DNA from: Alphaproteobacteria bacterium
Lineage (GTDB): Bacteria > Pseudomonadota > Alphaproteobacteria > SP197
Length of the DNA stretch: 64,000 nucleotides
Direction of reading: 5' to 3'
Assembly (NCBI GenBank): GCA_965116515.1
Contig: OZ220705.1
Coordinates: 1,697,329-1,761,328 of the forward strand
Positions 1-10,459 of this stretch are shown here, piece by piece. Position 1 is the first letter of the stretch. Each line of letters starts with the position of its first letter. The notes under the pieces were generated by a model. The model saw only the letters and a program-made list of their open reading frames with translations. It did no database searches and was not told the origin of the DNA. A program made the translations under genes and the position numbers.

Positions 1-936
1 TGCCAGGAACAGCCACAGCGGCGGAACACCATCGAAGGCAAAGGTCAGCCCCCAGGTCACGGTGGAACTGGCCGTCACGATGATGGCCGCGATGACGGAC
101 AGCCGGCGCATGCCGTAGCGCATGACGAGATGACCGTTGATGAGACCGGTGATACCGAAGGAAAGAGCGAGGCCTCCGAAGTAGAGGGGAAAGAGGAGGC
201 CGACGTTGTAAGTGTCCTGAAAGACCTGCTGTGCGGTGCTGAGATAGGCGACAAAGGGAGCGAAGGCACAGCCCAGCGCCAGTGTGTGGGCGAAGGCCTG
301 GCGGGTTCGCACCACCATGACGGCCGATCTGATGATCGCCGTCACCGAGAACGGCAGGCGGCGGGGCAGGGTTTCCGGCTGGCGAAGCAGGAGCCACAGG
401 CCGACGATCCCCGCCACGACGAAAAGGGCGACAAAGATGGCTCGCCAGTCGGCGACGAGCAGAATCCCCTGTCCCATGGCCGGGGCGACCATGGGGACGG
501 TGATGAAGACAGCCATCACGAAGGACATGATCCGTGCCATCAGGCGTCCCTCGTACTGGTCGCGCACCAGGGCCATGGAAACGACGCGGGGCGCGGCGGC
601 CCCCACCCCCTGGAGCACGCGGCCGGCGATCATGACCCAGAACTCCGTGGCGGCGATGGAGATGACGCAACCGGCCATGAAAATCGCCAGGCCGATGAGG
701 ATGGAGCCCTTTCTGCCGATGCTGTCCGACAGGGGCCCGAAGAGGAGGGGACCGACGCCGATTCCGAGGAAGAGCGCGGTGATGACGTACTGCACGTCGT
801 TGCGTTCGGCCGCTCCCAGGTCGACGCCGATATCGGGCAATGCCGGCAGCATGGCATCGGTCGACAGTGCCGAAAGCGCCATGAGCAGGGCGACCAGCGG
901 CACGAACTCGCTGTTTTTCAACATCGCCTTCGTCAT
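1..936 (-). CDS. Bcr/CflA-family multidrug efflux MFS transporter (3' end runs off window)
   Basis: Not in the ORF track because it has no stop in the window. Manual translation from ATG 936 gives MTKAMLKNSEFVPLVALLMALSALSTDAMLPALPDIG...GPLSDSIGRK, the Bcr/CflA N-terminus plus MFS motif A. Confidence 0.85.
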   Translation of the reverse strand, partial: MTKAMLKNSEFVPLVALLMALSALSTDAMLPALPDIGVDLGAAERNDVQYVITALFLGIGVGPLLFGPLSDSIGRKGSILIGLAIFMAGCVISIAATEFWVMIAGRVLQGVGAAAPRVVSMALVRDQYEGRLMARIMSFVMAVFITVPMVAPAMGQGILLVADWRAIFVALFVVAGIVGLWLLLRQPETLPRRLPFSVTAIIRSAVMVVRTRQAFAHTLALGCAFAPFVAYLSTAQQVFQDTYNVGLLFPLYFGGLALSFGITGLINGHLVMRYGMRRLSVIAAIIVTASSTVTWGLTFAFDGVPPLWLFLA

Positions 937-1376
937 CCCTGCACCCCGTATCCCCGAACGGATTTCTGATCAGGTGGACGCGGCGTCCGGGAGACCCCTG
1001 AAGCTCTGGCGAACCTGTCGACAGCCAGGAACATACGCATTTCCCCGCGGGACGCTACCACCCTGGAGATGGACCGGCCACCGCACAGCGTTCGTGCACG
1101 GGACCATCCGGTTCCGGAGATCAGGACTCCGGATGAATCGCACTGCTGGCGCAGGGATGCCCTGTTTCCTTGTGACATCTGCTGACGGCCTGAGAGGATC
1201 AGGTACCGTCGCCGGGCGACGGCACCGGCCGTCCTCTTGTCCACGCTCGATCGCGAAATCGGGGATCAGGCGAACCCCCACCCGTTGCCGATGCGGCGAA
1301 CGAGCCTGGCCGATGGTGACACCGGGCTCCGTCGTCGGCACCCGGCCCGGTTCTCCAACGATGCGGATCCGTGTGC

Positions 1377-2138
1377 TTACTGGACCAGGGGTGTATCCGC
1401 GGCGGCGATCCGGAAGCCCGAGATGCTGGCGTTGCCGGCCAGAAGCTGAACGTATTGCCGGAAGGCGCGGCGCCAGGAAGCCTCCTTCAGGTAGTCGGCA
1501 ACCTTGTCGGCGACGGCCTCATAGGGGAGCTGACGTCCGGAAATGCGCTTGTCGACACGCACGACATGGATGCCGTAACGGCTCCTGACCGGCACCGGCG
1601 AGAGCTGGCCCTCGTCCAGGTTGAACAGGAAGGTCTCGAGTTCAGGCACGGTGTCACCACGCGATACCTGGCCGAGCCTGCCGTCGTTGTGACGTGAATC
1701 GCAGGCCGAATGGGCCCGCGCCAGTTCGCCGAAGCGTTCGGGGGATTCGCTCAGGGTGTCGATGGCGCGTTGTGCTTCGGTTTCCTTGCGTGTGCGCTCT
1801 TGCGCGTTGTCGGCTGGTGCGGCGAAGAGGATGTGCGCCGCCTCCACCAGATCGGGGCTGCGAAAGCGTACCCGGTTGTTGCCATAGTAGCGCCGGCATT
1901 CCTCGTCGGTTGGCTCGGGAACGTTCACCTCGCGTTCGATCAGGGCCTGGAACGTCCCGCTGTCATCGTCACCCTCGATGCCGATGGCCCGTGCCCGGTC
2001 GAGAATGAGGGTGCGGATCACCAGCCACTCGCAGGCGGCCTGGCGTGCCTCGTCGGCGCTCTTCGCCGGGTGATACTGCATCTCCCGCAGGATGTCGTCT
2101 TCGCTGATGTGCTGATCGTTGACCCGGATGCCGGTCAC
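1377..2138 (-). CDS. PpiC/parvulin-type peptidyl-prolyl isomerase (nar-associated)
   Basis: Rotamase motifs AAHILF, FGELARAHSAC.S...GRLG and PVRSRYGIHVV. Lies directly downstream of narI, a common position. Confidence 0.85.
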   Translation of the reverse strand: MTGIRVNDQHISEDDILREMQYHPAKSADEARQAACEWLVIRTLILDRARAIGIEGDDDSGTFQALIEREVNVPEPTDEECRRYYGNNRVRFRSPDLVEAAHILFAAPADNAQERTRKETEAQRAIDTLSESPERFGELARAHSACDSRHNDGRLGQVSRGDTVPELETFLFNLDEGQLSPVPVRSRYGIHVVRVDKRISGRQLPYEAVADKVADYLKEASWRRAFRQYVQLLAGNASISGFRIAAADTPLVQ

Positions 2139-2140
2139 GG

Positions 2141-2845
2141 TCAGGCCGTCCGCTTGTGGTCGCGGCTGCGCACCACCTGGTAGCCGCGGCGGCCGAGATA
2201 GCCGACGGGAGCGCTCCAGATGTGGACGAGGCGGCTGAACGGAAAGACGAGGAAGATCGTCAGTCCAAGAAAGATATGCGCCTTGTAGACCCAGGAGACG
2301 TCAACCACATGGAGCGCGGCATCGGCCTGGAAGGTGACGATCTTCTGCGCCCACAGGGACAGCGTCACCATGACGTCGCCGCTTTCGCGATGCGCCCAGG
2401 AAAACGGCAGCGTCACCATGCCGAGTACAAGCTGCAGCCACAGGATGACCAGGATGGCGATATCCATGGCGCTTGACGTCTTGCGGATGCGCGGATCGAG
2501 GAGGCGCCGGTGAAGCAGCATGGTGAGGCCGACGAAGCACACGGCTCCGGCGACGCCGCCGGCGACGATCGCCATCACCTGCTTGGCCGACGAGGTGAGA
2601 CCAACGGCGTGGTAGATCTCCCTGGGTGTCAGGAGACCGACAAGGTGCCCGAAGAAGAGGAACAGGATTCCGACATGGAAGAGGACGCTCCCCATCATCA
2701 GCTGGTGCCGGCGCAGAAGCTGGCTGGAGCCGCTGCGCCAGGTGTACTGCTCGCGGTCGAAGCGGATCAGGCTCCCCGCCAGGAATACCGTCGCCGCCAG
2801 GTAGGGGTAGTAGCCGAAGACCAGGATGTGGAACCAGTCGCCCAT
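2141..2845 (-). CDS. narI: Respiratory nitrate reductase gamma subunit (cytochrome b)
   Basis: YYPYLA, QYTWRSGSSQLL, LFHVGIL...GH and FPFSRLVHIWSAP motifs. Start taken at ATG 2845 rather than the longer ORF. Confidence 0.95.
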   Translation of the reverse strand: MGDWFHILVFGYYPYLAATVFLAGSLIRFDREQYTWRSGSSQLLRRHQLMMGSVLFHVGILFLFFGHLVGLLTPREIYHAVGLTSSAKQVMAIVAGGVAGAVCFVGLTMLLHRRLLDPRIRKTSSAMDIAILVILWLQLVLGMVTLPFSWAHRESGDVMVTLSLWAQKIVTFQADAALHVVDVSWVYKAHIFLGLTIFLVFPFSRLVHIWSAPVGYLGRRGYQVVRSRDHKRTA

Positions 2846-2847
2846 CG

Positions 2848-3543
2848 TCACACTCCGTCCCGTGCGTGGTCCGTGGGAAGAGCGAATTCCGCCATGCGGT
2901 TGAGAGTTTCCCGCGCTGCCGGGCATGACCCGTCACCGGCAAAGGCGGGGACCTCTTCCCAGTCCTCATCGATGGCCGCGGCCTCTTCCGCCGGGGCCCT
3001 GTCGTGTTCGAGAAGGCTCTCCACTGCGGCACGGGGCGCTTTCCTTGCGGCCAGATCCTCGAGTGCCGCAAAGATCGCGCCATAGTCGCTGCCACGTCGC
3101 TCCAGGCGAATGCGGATGGCCGAGAGGATGTGGATGACGTCGCCGAGAAGGCTGCTGGCCTCATCGTCCGCGGTCAATGACAGGAACTCGAGGAAGAGCG
3201 GCAGGTAGTCCGGCAGTTCACGCGTGTCGATACGGTAGCCTGCCGCTTCATAGTGGGCCGCCAGATTGACCATCGCCTGGCCGCGGTCGCGCGATTCACC
3301 GTGAATGTGTTCGAAGAGGTGAAGCGACAGGCTGCGCGAACGGTCGAACTGGCTGACATAGATTTCCTGCGCCTCGATGAGATCGCTGGCGCCAAGACGC
3401 GCGACGAGCCGGCTGACAGCGGCCCGAGTCGTCGCCGTCAGGCGCCTGTCGGCGTCGAGAACCGCGCCGATCTCCGCCGCCGCCTCCACCAGGCCGGCGT
3501 CCGGGTAGTGCAGCAGGGCGCCCAGGGCCCGGTAGATCATCAT
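2848..3543 (-). CDS. narJ: Nitrate reductase Moco assembly chaperone
   Basis: SLHLFEHIHGESRDRGQAMV and ELPDYLPLFLEFLS motifs. Overlaps the narH stop. Confidence 0.95.
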   Translation of the reverse strand: MMIYRALGALLHYPDAGLVEAAAEIGAVLDADRRLTATTRAAVSRLVARLGASDLIEAQEIYVSQFDRSRSLSLHLFEHIHGESRDRGQAMVNLAAHYEAAGYRIDTRELPDYLPLFLEFLSLTADDEASSLLGDVIHILSAIRIRLERRGSDYGAIFAALEDLAARKAPRAAVESLLEHDRAPAEEAAAIDEDWEEVPAFAGDGSCPAARETLNRMAEFALPTDHARDGV

Positions 3544-5081
3544 CGTTCACCGGCATGGATGCCGGAACGCCCGCCGGCGCTCGGTCCCACCCGGACCTCG
3601 TGGCTGAAGAGATCGATCTTGCCTCCTCCGCTGCACCCGTCGCCGAAGCTGAATCCACATTCACCGCGCAGGTCGAAGGCCTCCTCGGCGTATTCACGAT
3701 GGGAGGTGGGGATGACGAAACGGTCTTCGTAGTTGGCGATCGCCATGGTCTGGTACATGTCCTCGACCTGCGCCTCGGTCAGACCGACGGCGTCGAGAAC
3801 ATCCGTATCACGGCGTCCCTCGACATGCCTGGCGCGCATGTAGATACGCATGGCCAGCATCCGCTCGAGCGCCAGGGTGACCGGCTTGTCGTCTCCGGCC
3901 GTGAGCAGGTTGGCGAGATACCTGACGGGAATCCGCAACTGGGAGACGTCCGGGATGAGCCCCTGTGAGCCAAGCATGCCGTTTTCCGCCGCCGACTGGA
4001 TCGGCGAGAGCGGCGGCACGTACCACACCATGGGCAGGGTGCGGTACTCCGGATGCAGCGGAAAGGCGACCTTCCAGTCCATCGCCATGCGCCACACGGG
4101 CGAGCGTTGCGCGGCATCGATCCACGCCTGGGGAACGCCGTCCTTCAGTGCCTGGCGGATGACTTCGGGATCATGGGGATCGAGGAAGATATCAAGCTGT
4201 GCCTGGTAGAGGTCCTGGGGGTCCTCGACTGAAGCGGCCTCCTCGATACGGTCGGCATCGTACATCAGGACGCCGAGATAGCGGATGCGACCCACACAGG
4301 TCTCCGAACATACCGTCGGTTCGCCGGCCTCGATGCGCGGATAGCAGAAGATGCACTTCTCCGATTTTCCCGAGCGCCAGTTGTAGTAGATCTTCTTGTA
4401 GGGACATGCGGACACGCACATGCGCCAGCCGCGGCACTTGTCCTGATCGATGAGGACGATGCCATCCTCTTCGCGCTTGTAGATGGCGCCGGAGGGACAG
4501 GCGGCAACGCACGAAGGATTGAGGCAGTGCTCGCACAGACGCGGCAGATACATCATGAAGGTATTCTCGAACTGCCCGTAGATCTCCTTTTCCATCGCCT
4601 CGAAATTGACGTCCTGGCTGCGCTTGGCGAACTCGCCACCGAGAATTTCCTCCCAGTTCGGTCCCCATTTCACCTTGTCCATGCGTTCGCCGCTGATCAG
4701 GGAACGTGGTCGCGCTGTCGGCGGTGTGCGTGATTCCGGGGCGTTGTGGAGATGCTCGTAGTCGAAGGTGAAGGGCTCGTAGTAGTCGTCGATCTGCGGC
4801 ATGTCCGGATTGGCGAAGATCTTCGCCAGGATGCGCAGCTTGCCCCCCATCTTCGGCGCGATGCGGCCATTCTTCTTGCGCACCCAGCCGCCGTTCCAGA
4901 CGTCCTGGTTCTCCCATTGGCGGGGATAGCCGACACCGGGCTTGGTCTCGACGTTGTTGAACCAGGCGTACTCCATGCCCTCGCGACTGGTCCACACGTT
5001 CTTGCAAGTGACCGAGCAGGTATGGCAGCCGATGCACTTGTCGAGATTGAGAACCTTGCCGATCTGTGCGCGCACCTTCAT
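3540..5081 (-). CDS. narH: Nitrate reductase beta subunit (Fe-S)
   Basis: NLDKCIGCHTCSVTCKNVWT, CEHCLNPSCVAACP and CRGWRMCVSACPYKK motifs. Confidence 0.98.
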   Translation of the reverse strand: MKVRAQIGKVLNLDKCIGCHTCSVTCKNVWTSREGMEYAWFNNVETKPGVGYPRQWENQDVWNGGWVRKKNGRIAPKMGGKLRILAKIFANPDMPQIDDYYEPFTFDYEHLHNAPESRTPPTARPRSLISGERMDKVKWGPNWEEILGGEFAKRSQDVNFEAMEKEIYGQFENTFMMYLPRLCEHCLNPSCVAACPSGAIYKREEDGIVLIDQDKCRGWRMCVSACPYKKIYYNWRSGKSEKCIFCYPRIEAGEPTVCSETCVGRIRYLGVLMYDADRIEEAASVEDPQDLYQAQLDIFLDPHDPEVIRQALKDGVPQAWIDAAQRSPVWRMAMDWKVAFPLHPEYRTLPMVWYVPPLSPIQSAAENGMLGSQGLIPDVSQLRIPVRYLANLLTAGDDKPVTLALERMLAMRIYMRARHVEGRRDTDVLDAVGLTEAQVEDMYQTMAIANYEDRFVIPTSHREYAEEAFDLRGECGFSFGDGCSGGGKIDLFSHEVRVGPSAGGRSGIHAGER

Positions 5082-8000
5082 GACGTCGCCTCCATTGCAG
5101 TGGCCGGGAGTGGATCGTCCATCCAGTCCACTTCCCGCATCCGGCGCACGATCACGAATTCGTCACGATTCGAGCCGACAGTGCCGTAGTAGTTGAACCC
5201 GTAGGACTGCTGCGCGTAGCCGCCGACCATGTGGGTTGGCTTGACCGTGGCGCGGGTGACGGAGTTGTGGATGCCGCCGCGCTGACCGGTGATCTCGCTT
5301 CCGGGCATGTTCACGATCTTCTCCTGGGCGTGATACATCAGCGTCATGCCTTCCGGAACGCGCTGGCTGACGACCGCCCGGGCGACCAGAGCGCCGTTGG
5401 CGTTGTAGGCCTCGACCCAGTCATTGTCCTCGGCGCCAATGCGTGCGGCATCGGTTTCGCTGATCCAGATGATCGGTCCGCCACGCGACAGGGTGAGCAT
5501 CAGGAGATTGTCGGTATAGGTGGAGTGGATGCCCCACTTCTGATGCGGCGTGATGAAGTTGAGAACCACCTGCGGGTTGCCGTTGTCCTTGTCATCGATG
5601 AGCGGGGAGATGGTCTTCGTGTCGATGGGCGGCTTGTAGACGCACAGCTGTTCGCCGAAGGCACGCATCCACAGGTGGTCCTGATAGAGTTGCTGGCGGC
5701 CGGAGAGCGTGCGCCAGGGGATCAGTTCGTGCACGTTGGTGTAGCCGGCCGTGTAGGTGACATGTTCCGACTCGACGCCCGACCAGGTGGGCGAAGAGAT
5801 GATCTTGCGCGGCTGGGCCTGGAGATCGCGAAAGCGCAGGCTGTCCTCCTCGCGGGCCGCCGCCAGGTGTTCGTGATCGCGCCCTGTCGCCTTGCCGAGG
5901 GCCTTCCAGGCCTTGACCGCCACCTTGCCGTTGGTCTCCGGGGCCAGGGTCAGAACGACCTCCGATGCATCGATATCGGATTCGATCCGGGCCATGCCCT
6001 GTGTGATGCCTTCCGTGCGCACCTCGCCGTTCAGCCGCTTCAGGAAGGCAACCTCGTCATCGGTGTTCCACGTGATGCCCTTGCCGCCATTGCCCGCTTT
6101 CGTCAGCAGGGGGCCAAGGGCCGTGAACTTCCGGTAAGTGTTCGGGTAATCGCGCTCGACGACCACCATGCCCGGCATGGTCTTGCCGGGCTGCGGCTCG
6201 CACTCGCCCCTCTTCCAGTCCCTGACCGTGGTCGCCTGGGCAAGTTCCGCGGGCGTGTCGTGCAGGGTCGGCACCAGCACCAGGTCGCGCTCGACACCGA
6301 GTGTGCCCTCGGCGAGGTCGGAGAACGTCTTCGCAATTCCCTTGAAGATCTCCCAGTCGCTGCGGGTTTCCCACACCGGGTCCACGGCTGCGGACAGCGG
6401 ATGGATGAAGGGGTGCATGTCCGAGGTGTTGAGGTCGTTCTTTTCGTACCAGGTCGCCGTGGGGAGGACGATGTCGGAGTAAAGGCAGGTCGTCGACATG
6501 CGGAAATCGAGGGTGACGAGAAGGTCGAGCTTGCCTTCCGGTGCACTCTCGTGCCAGTCCACCTCGACCGGCTTGCATCCGCCCGTTTCACCCAGATCCT
6601 TGCCCTGCACTCCGTGCTGGGTTCCCAGCAGATGCTTGAGGAAATACTCGTGGCCCTTGCCGCTGGAACCAAGGAGGTTGGAGCGCCACACGAAGAGATT
6701 GCGCGGCCAGTTCTTCGGATTGTCGGGATCTTCGGCGGCAAGGCGCAGATCGCCCGAGGAGAGGCCGGCGACGGTCGTCGCCACCGGGTCACCCTCTCCC
6801 GCCGCCCGCGTCACCTCCAGGGGATTGGCCTCGAGCTGCGGAGCGGAGGGCAGCCAGCCCATGCGTTCGGACCTGACATTGAAATCGATGAGGCTGAGTG
6901 ACGACCATTCGCCGTCGGGCGCCAGCGGCGAGACCAGCTCGCTGGCAGCCAGCTTCTCGTAACGCCACTGGTCGGTATGGGCATACCAGAACGATGTGCT
7001 GTTCATGTGGCGCGGCGGCCGGTTCCAGTCGAGAGCGAAGGCGAGCGGCAACCAGCCGGTCTGCGGGCGCAGCTTCTCCTGACCGACATAGTGCGACCAG
7101 CCTCCGCCGGACTTGCCGACGCAGCCGCACATCACCAGGAGGTTGATGATGCTGCGATAGATCATGTCCATGTGGTACCAGTGGTTGAGGGCGGCGCCGA
7201 CGATGATCATCGAGCGCCCCTCGGTCTTGTGGGCATTGTCGGCAAAGGCCCTGGCCACGGCGATCACCTTGTCGCGCCCCACGCCGGTGATGCGCTCCTG
7301 CCACGCCGGTGTGTAGGGCACGTCGTCGTCGAATGTCTGCGCCACGTTGTCGCCGCCCAGCCCGCGGTCGATCCCGTAGTTGGCCACAAGGAGGTCGAAG
7401 ACCGTGGCGACCGGCATTTCGCCATCCCTGGTGGCGATCGTCTTCACCGGAACATGGCGCCACAGCACGTCGTCGTGATCCGTGCCCGTGAAATGGTCGT
7501 GTTGGGCGTTGCCGAAGTAAGGGAACCCGACTGACAGGACGTCGTCTCTGGATTCCAGAAGGCTCAGACGCAGCCTTGTGGCATCTCCCCGGGCCCCCTC
7601 CTTTTCCTCGATGTTCCACTTGCCGCTCTCTCCCCAGCGGAATCCCACGGATCCCACCGGACACACGAGGGCATCCCCGGCACTCTCGTCCACCGCGACG
7701 GTCTTCCATTCGGGGTTGTTGGTCTCACCCAGGGCACCCTCGATATCGGCGGCGCGCAGCAGGCGGTCCGGCACCCAGCCGTCATCCGTCTTCCTCAGGG
7801 CGACCAGCATCGGCATGTCGGTAAAGCGCCGGCAGTACTCCTCGAAGTAGGGGCTTTTCGATTCGAGATGCCATTCCCTGAGAACGACGTGACCCATGGC
7901 AAGGGCCAGGGCCGCATCGGTGCCCTGCTTGGGATTGAGCCAGATGTCGGCGAACTTCGATGCTTCGCTGTAGTCGGGCGTGACGGTCACCGTCGTGGCG

Positions 8001-8821
8001 CCCTTGTAGCGGACCTCGGTCATGAAATGGGCGTCGGGTGTGCGCGTCTGCGGCACGTTCGAGCCCCACATCATGAGGAAGGTCGAGTTGTACCAGTCGG
8101 CACTCTCGGGCACGTCGGTCTGCTCGCCCCAGGTCTGCGGGCTCGACGGCGGAAGATCGCAATACCAGTCGTAGAAGCTCATGCACACACCGCCGATGAG
8201 CGACAGGTAGCGCGATCCGGCAGCATAGGAGACCATCGACATCGCCGGAATCGGCGAAAAGCCGATGACCCTGTCAGGCCCGTGAGTCCTGATGGTGTGA
8301 ATGTTGGCGGCGGCGATGATCTCGTTGACCTCGTCCCAGTTCGAGCGGACAAATCCGCCCTGGCCGCGGACTTTCTGGTAGTCCCGGCGCTTGCTTTCAT
8401 CACCGGCAATCGAGGCCCAGGCGGCCACCGGGTCCATGGTCCGGCGCGCCTCGCGCCAGTGACGCACCAGCCGGCTGCGCACCAGCGGATACTTGAGCCG
8501 GTTGGCGCTGTAGATGTACCAGGAGTAGCTGGCGCCGCGCGAGCAGCCGCGCGGCTCGTGGTTGGGCAGATCGGGCCGCGTGCGGGGATAGTCGGTCTGC
8601 TGCGTTTCCCAGGTGATGATCCCGCCCTTGACGTAGATCTTCCAGCTGCACGATCCGGTGCAGTTCACACCGTGGGTCGAGCGTACGATCTTGTCATGGC
8701 TCCAGCGCGCCCGGTAGGCATCCTCCCAGGTGCGGTCCTCGGCTGTGACCACCCCGTGTCCGTCCGAGAAGGTGTCGATCGTCTTCGTGAAGAAGGTCAG
8801 TCGATCCAGGAAATGGCTCAT
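5078..8821 (-). CDS. narG: Nitrate reductase alpha subunit
   Basis: Starts MSHFLDRL at ATG 8821 after a GAGGAG RBS. Contains THGVNCTGSCSW and FYDWYCDLPP; C-terminus YGFNYYGTVGSNRDE. Confidence 0.98.
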   Translation of the reverse strand: MSHFLDRLTFFTKTIDTFSDGHGVVTAEDRTWEDAYRARWSHDKIVRSTHGVNCTGSCSWKIYVKGGIITWETQQTDYPRTRPDLPNHEPRGCSRGASYSWYIYSANRLKYPLVRSRLVRHWREARRTMDPVAAWASIAGDESKRRDYQKVRGQGGFVRSNWDEVNEIIAAANIHTIRTHGPDRVIGFSPIPAMSMVSYAAGSRYLSLIGGVCMSFYDWYCDLPPSSPQTWGEQTDVPESADWYNSTFLMMWGSNVPQTRTPDAHFMTEVRYKGATTVTVTPDYSEASKFADIWLNPKQGTDAALALAMGHVVLREWHLESKSPYFEEYCRRFTDMPMLVALRKTDDGWVPDRLLRAADIEGALGETNNPEWKTVAVDESAGDALVCPVGSVGFRWGESGKWNIEEKEGARGDATRLRLSLLESRDDVLSVGFPYFGNAQHDHFTGTDHDDVLWRHVPVKTIATRDGEMPVATVFDLLVANYGIDRGLGGDNVAQTFDDDVPYTPAWQERITGVGRDKVIAVARAFADNAHKTEGRSMIIVGAALNHWYHMDMIYRSIINLLVMCGCVGKSGGGWSHYVGQEKLRPQTGWLPLAFALDWNRPPRHMNSTSFWYAHTDQWRYEKLAASELVSPLAPDGEWSSLSLIDFNVRSERMGWLPSAPQLEANPLEVTRAAGEGDPVATTVAGLSSGDLRLAAEDPDNPKNWPRNLFVWRSNLLGSSGKGHEYFLKHLLGTQHGVQGKDLGETGGCKPVEVDWHESAPEGKLDLLVTLDFRMSTTCLYSDIVLPTATWYEKNDLNTSDMHPFIHPLSAAVDPVWETRSDWEIFKGIAKTFSDLAEGTLGVERDLVLVPTLHDTPAELAQATTVRDWKRGECEPQPGKTMPGMVVVERDYPNTYRKFTALGPLLTKAGNGGKGITWNTDDEVAFLKRLNGEVRTEGITQGMARIESDIDASEVVLTLAPETNGKVAVKAWKALGKATGRDHEHLAAAREEDSLRFRDLQAQPRKIISSPTWSGVESEHVTYTAGYTNVHELIPWRTLSGRQQLYQDHLWMRAFGEQLCVYKPPIDTKTISPLIDDKDNGNPQVVLNFITPHQKWGIHSTYTDNLLMLTLSRGGPIIWISETDAARIGAEDNDWVEAYNANGALVARAVVSQRVPEGMTLMYHAQEKIVNMPGSEITGQRGGIHNSVTRATVKPTHMVGGYAQQSYGFNYYGTVGSNRDEFVIVRRMREVDWMDDPLPATAMEATS

Positions 8822-8838
8822 CGGCTTCGACTCCTCTT

Positions 8839-10446
8839 CTAGGGGTTCTTCACGTAGGCGTTCGGCCTCAGATAGAACCACCAGTTGATCATGATGCACA
8901 ACGCGTAGAAGGCGGCAAAGCCGTAGAGGGCGTTTTCCGGGGTGGTCGCCTTGATTTGTTCCCCGAACACCTTGGGAATGATGAAGGCGCCATAGGCGGC
9001 GACAGCCGATGTCCAGCCAAGGACCGGGCCGGCCTGCACCTTGTCGAAGACGATGGCGATGGTCCGGAAAGTGGACCCGTTGCCGATGCCGGTGGCGGCA
9101 AAGAGGACGAGGAAGAGAATGAGGAATGGTACGAAATGGTCTTCCGGCGTCGGCGATACGTAGGCCAGGGACAGGATCCAGGCAACGCCGAGCGCACAGG
9201 CGACCATGACGACGGAGACGATCTGCGTGATCAGCGCACCGCCGAACCGGTCCGAGATCATGCCGCCGACGGGACGGATGAGAGCGCCGATGAAGGGGCC
9301 GGTCCACGCGTACATGAGGGCGCTTGGCCCGTTGGGATTGATGGTCGTGTGGGTGAGCACCCCGTCAACCTCGATGTGCTGGAAGCCGAAAACGACCTTG
9401 ATGGCGAGGCCGAACGTGGCCGCAAAGCCGATGAAGGAACCGAAGGTCATGGTGTAGATGACCGTCATCGCCCACGTGTGGCGGTTTCGGAAGATGGCGT
9501 ACTGCTGATCGAGGCTGCGGCGGATGGTGCCGGGGATCAATCGCAAGGCAAAGACCGTCGCCGCCACGACGAGGGGGAGGACCAGCCACTTGCTGATCTC
9601 GAGGCCCGATCCGCCGGCATCGGCCGGCAGCAGCAGCCACAATCCGGCAGCGGCCGTGACGAGGCCTATTCCCAGCATGCCGAGGATCTTGGCGAAGGCG
9701 CCCGCGGTCGAGTTGAGACCGGGGGAGACATGATCGGCGGTGATGTTGTTCATGCCGAACCAGGCGGCGATGACCAGGGGCACCAGGATAGCGACCCAGA
9801 TGTAGCCTGCATTGTGGATGTAGGTCTCGGTGCCGGCCGGGATCTTTCCGATCAGCGTGCCCGAACTGTTGGCAAGGACGAGGGCCGAACCGCCGAAGAC
9901 TCCGACGGTCATCACAAGCGGCACCAGGATCTGCATCGTGGTGACGCCGAAATTGCCGAGGCCGGCATTCATTCCCAGCGAGTAGCCCTGCACCTTCTTG
10001 GGAAAGAAGAAGGAGATGTTCGACATCGACGAGGCGAAGTTGCCGCCACCGAAACCCGACAGCAGGGCCATGATCTGGAACTGCCACAGGGGTGTCGCCG
10101 GGTCCTGCAGAAGGAACCCGGTGCCGGCGGCCGGGATGATGAGCAGAGCTGTGGTGAGGAAGATCGTGTTGCGTCCGCCGGCGATGCGGATGAAGAAGGA
10201 CGACGGGATGCGCAGCGTGGCGCCGCTCAGACCGGCGATGGCGGCGAGGGTGAAGAGTTCCGCCTGGGAGAAGGGGAACTTCAGGTTGATCATCTGGACG
10301 GTGATGATCCCCCAGTAGAGCCACACCGCAAACCCGCATAGCAGGCACGGGATCGAGATCCACAGGTTGCGTGTCGCCACGCGCCTGCCCTCGCTTTGCC
10401 AGAAACGTTCGTCTTCCGGGTTCCAGTTCGTCAGGTTTCTGGCCAT
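8839..10446 (-). CDS. narK: NarK2-type nitrate/nitrite antiporter (MFS)
   Basis: Starts MARNLTNWNPEDERFW...RNLWIS. Nitrate signature motifs GFGGGNFASSM and GIGNGSTF. Confidence 0.9.
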   Translation of the reverse strand: MARNLTNWNPEDERFWQSEGRRVATRNLWISIPCLLCGFAVWLYWGIITVQMINLKFPFSQAELFTLAAIAGLSGATLRIPSSFFIRIAGGRNTIFLTTALLIIPAAGTGFLLQDPATPLWQFQIMALLSGFGGGNFASSMSNISFFFPKKVQGYSLGMNAGLGNFGVTTMQILVPLVMTVGVFGGSALVLANSSGTLIGKIPAGTETYIHNAGYIWVAILVPLVIAAWFGMNNITADHVSPGLNSTAGAFAKILGMLGIGLVTAAAGLWLLLPADAGGSGLEISKWLVLPLVVAATVFALRLIPGTIRRSLDQQYAIFRNRHTWAMTVIYTMTFGSFIGFAATFGLAIKVVFGFQHIEVDGVLTHTTINPNGPSALMYAWTGPFIGALIRPVGGMISDRFGGALITQIVSVVMVACALGVAWILSLAYVSPTPEDHFVPFLILFLVLFAATGIGNGSTFRTIAIVFDKVQAGPVLGWTSAVAAYGAFIIPKVFGEQIKATTPENALYGFAAFYALCIMINWWFYLRPNAYVKNP

Positions 10447-10459
10447 GGAAAGGGTATCC

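Noticed and set aside
1150-1245. Glycine, fluoride, Moco riboswitch or hammerhead-like fragments (CTCTCAGG, GCTGACGG, CTGAGAG)
   Set aside because: The other required core nucleotides are missing or the orientation has no downstream gene. Kept only as a generic structured spacer.
8822-9307. Apparent 162-aa N-terminal extension of NarG (1409-aa ORF), suggesting a NarK-NarG fusion
   Set aside because: The extension is an alternative frame over narK2. NarG has its own RBS and canonical MSHFLDRL start at 8821.
10447-10459. Possible NarK1-NarK2 fusion or readthrough
   Set aside because: narK1 has a stop codon and the 13-nt gap puts narK2 in another frame. Separate genes are a known arrangement.
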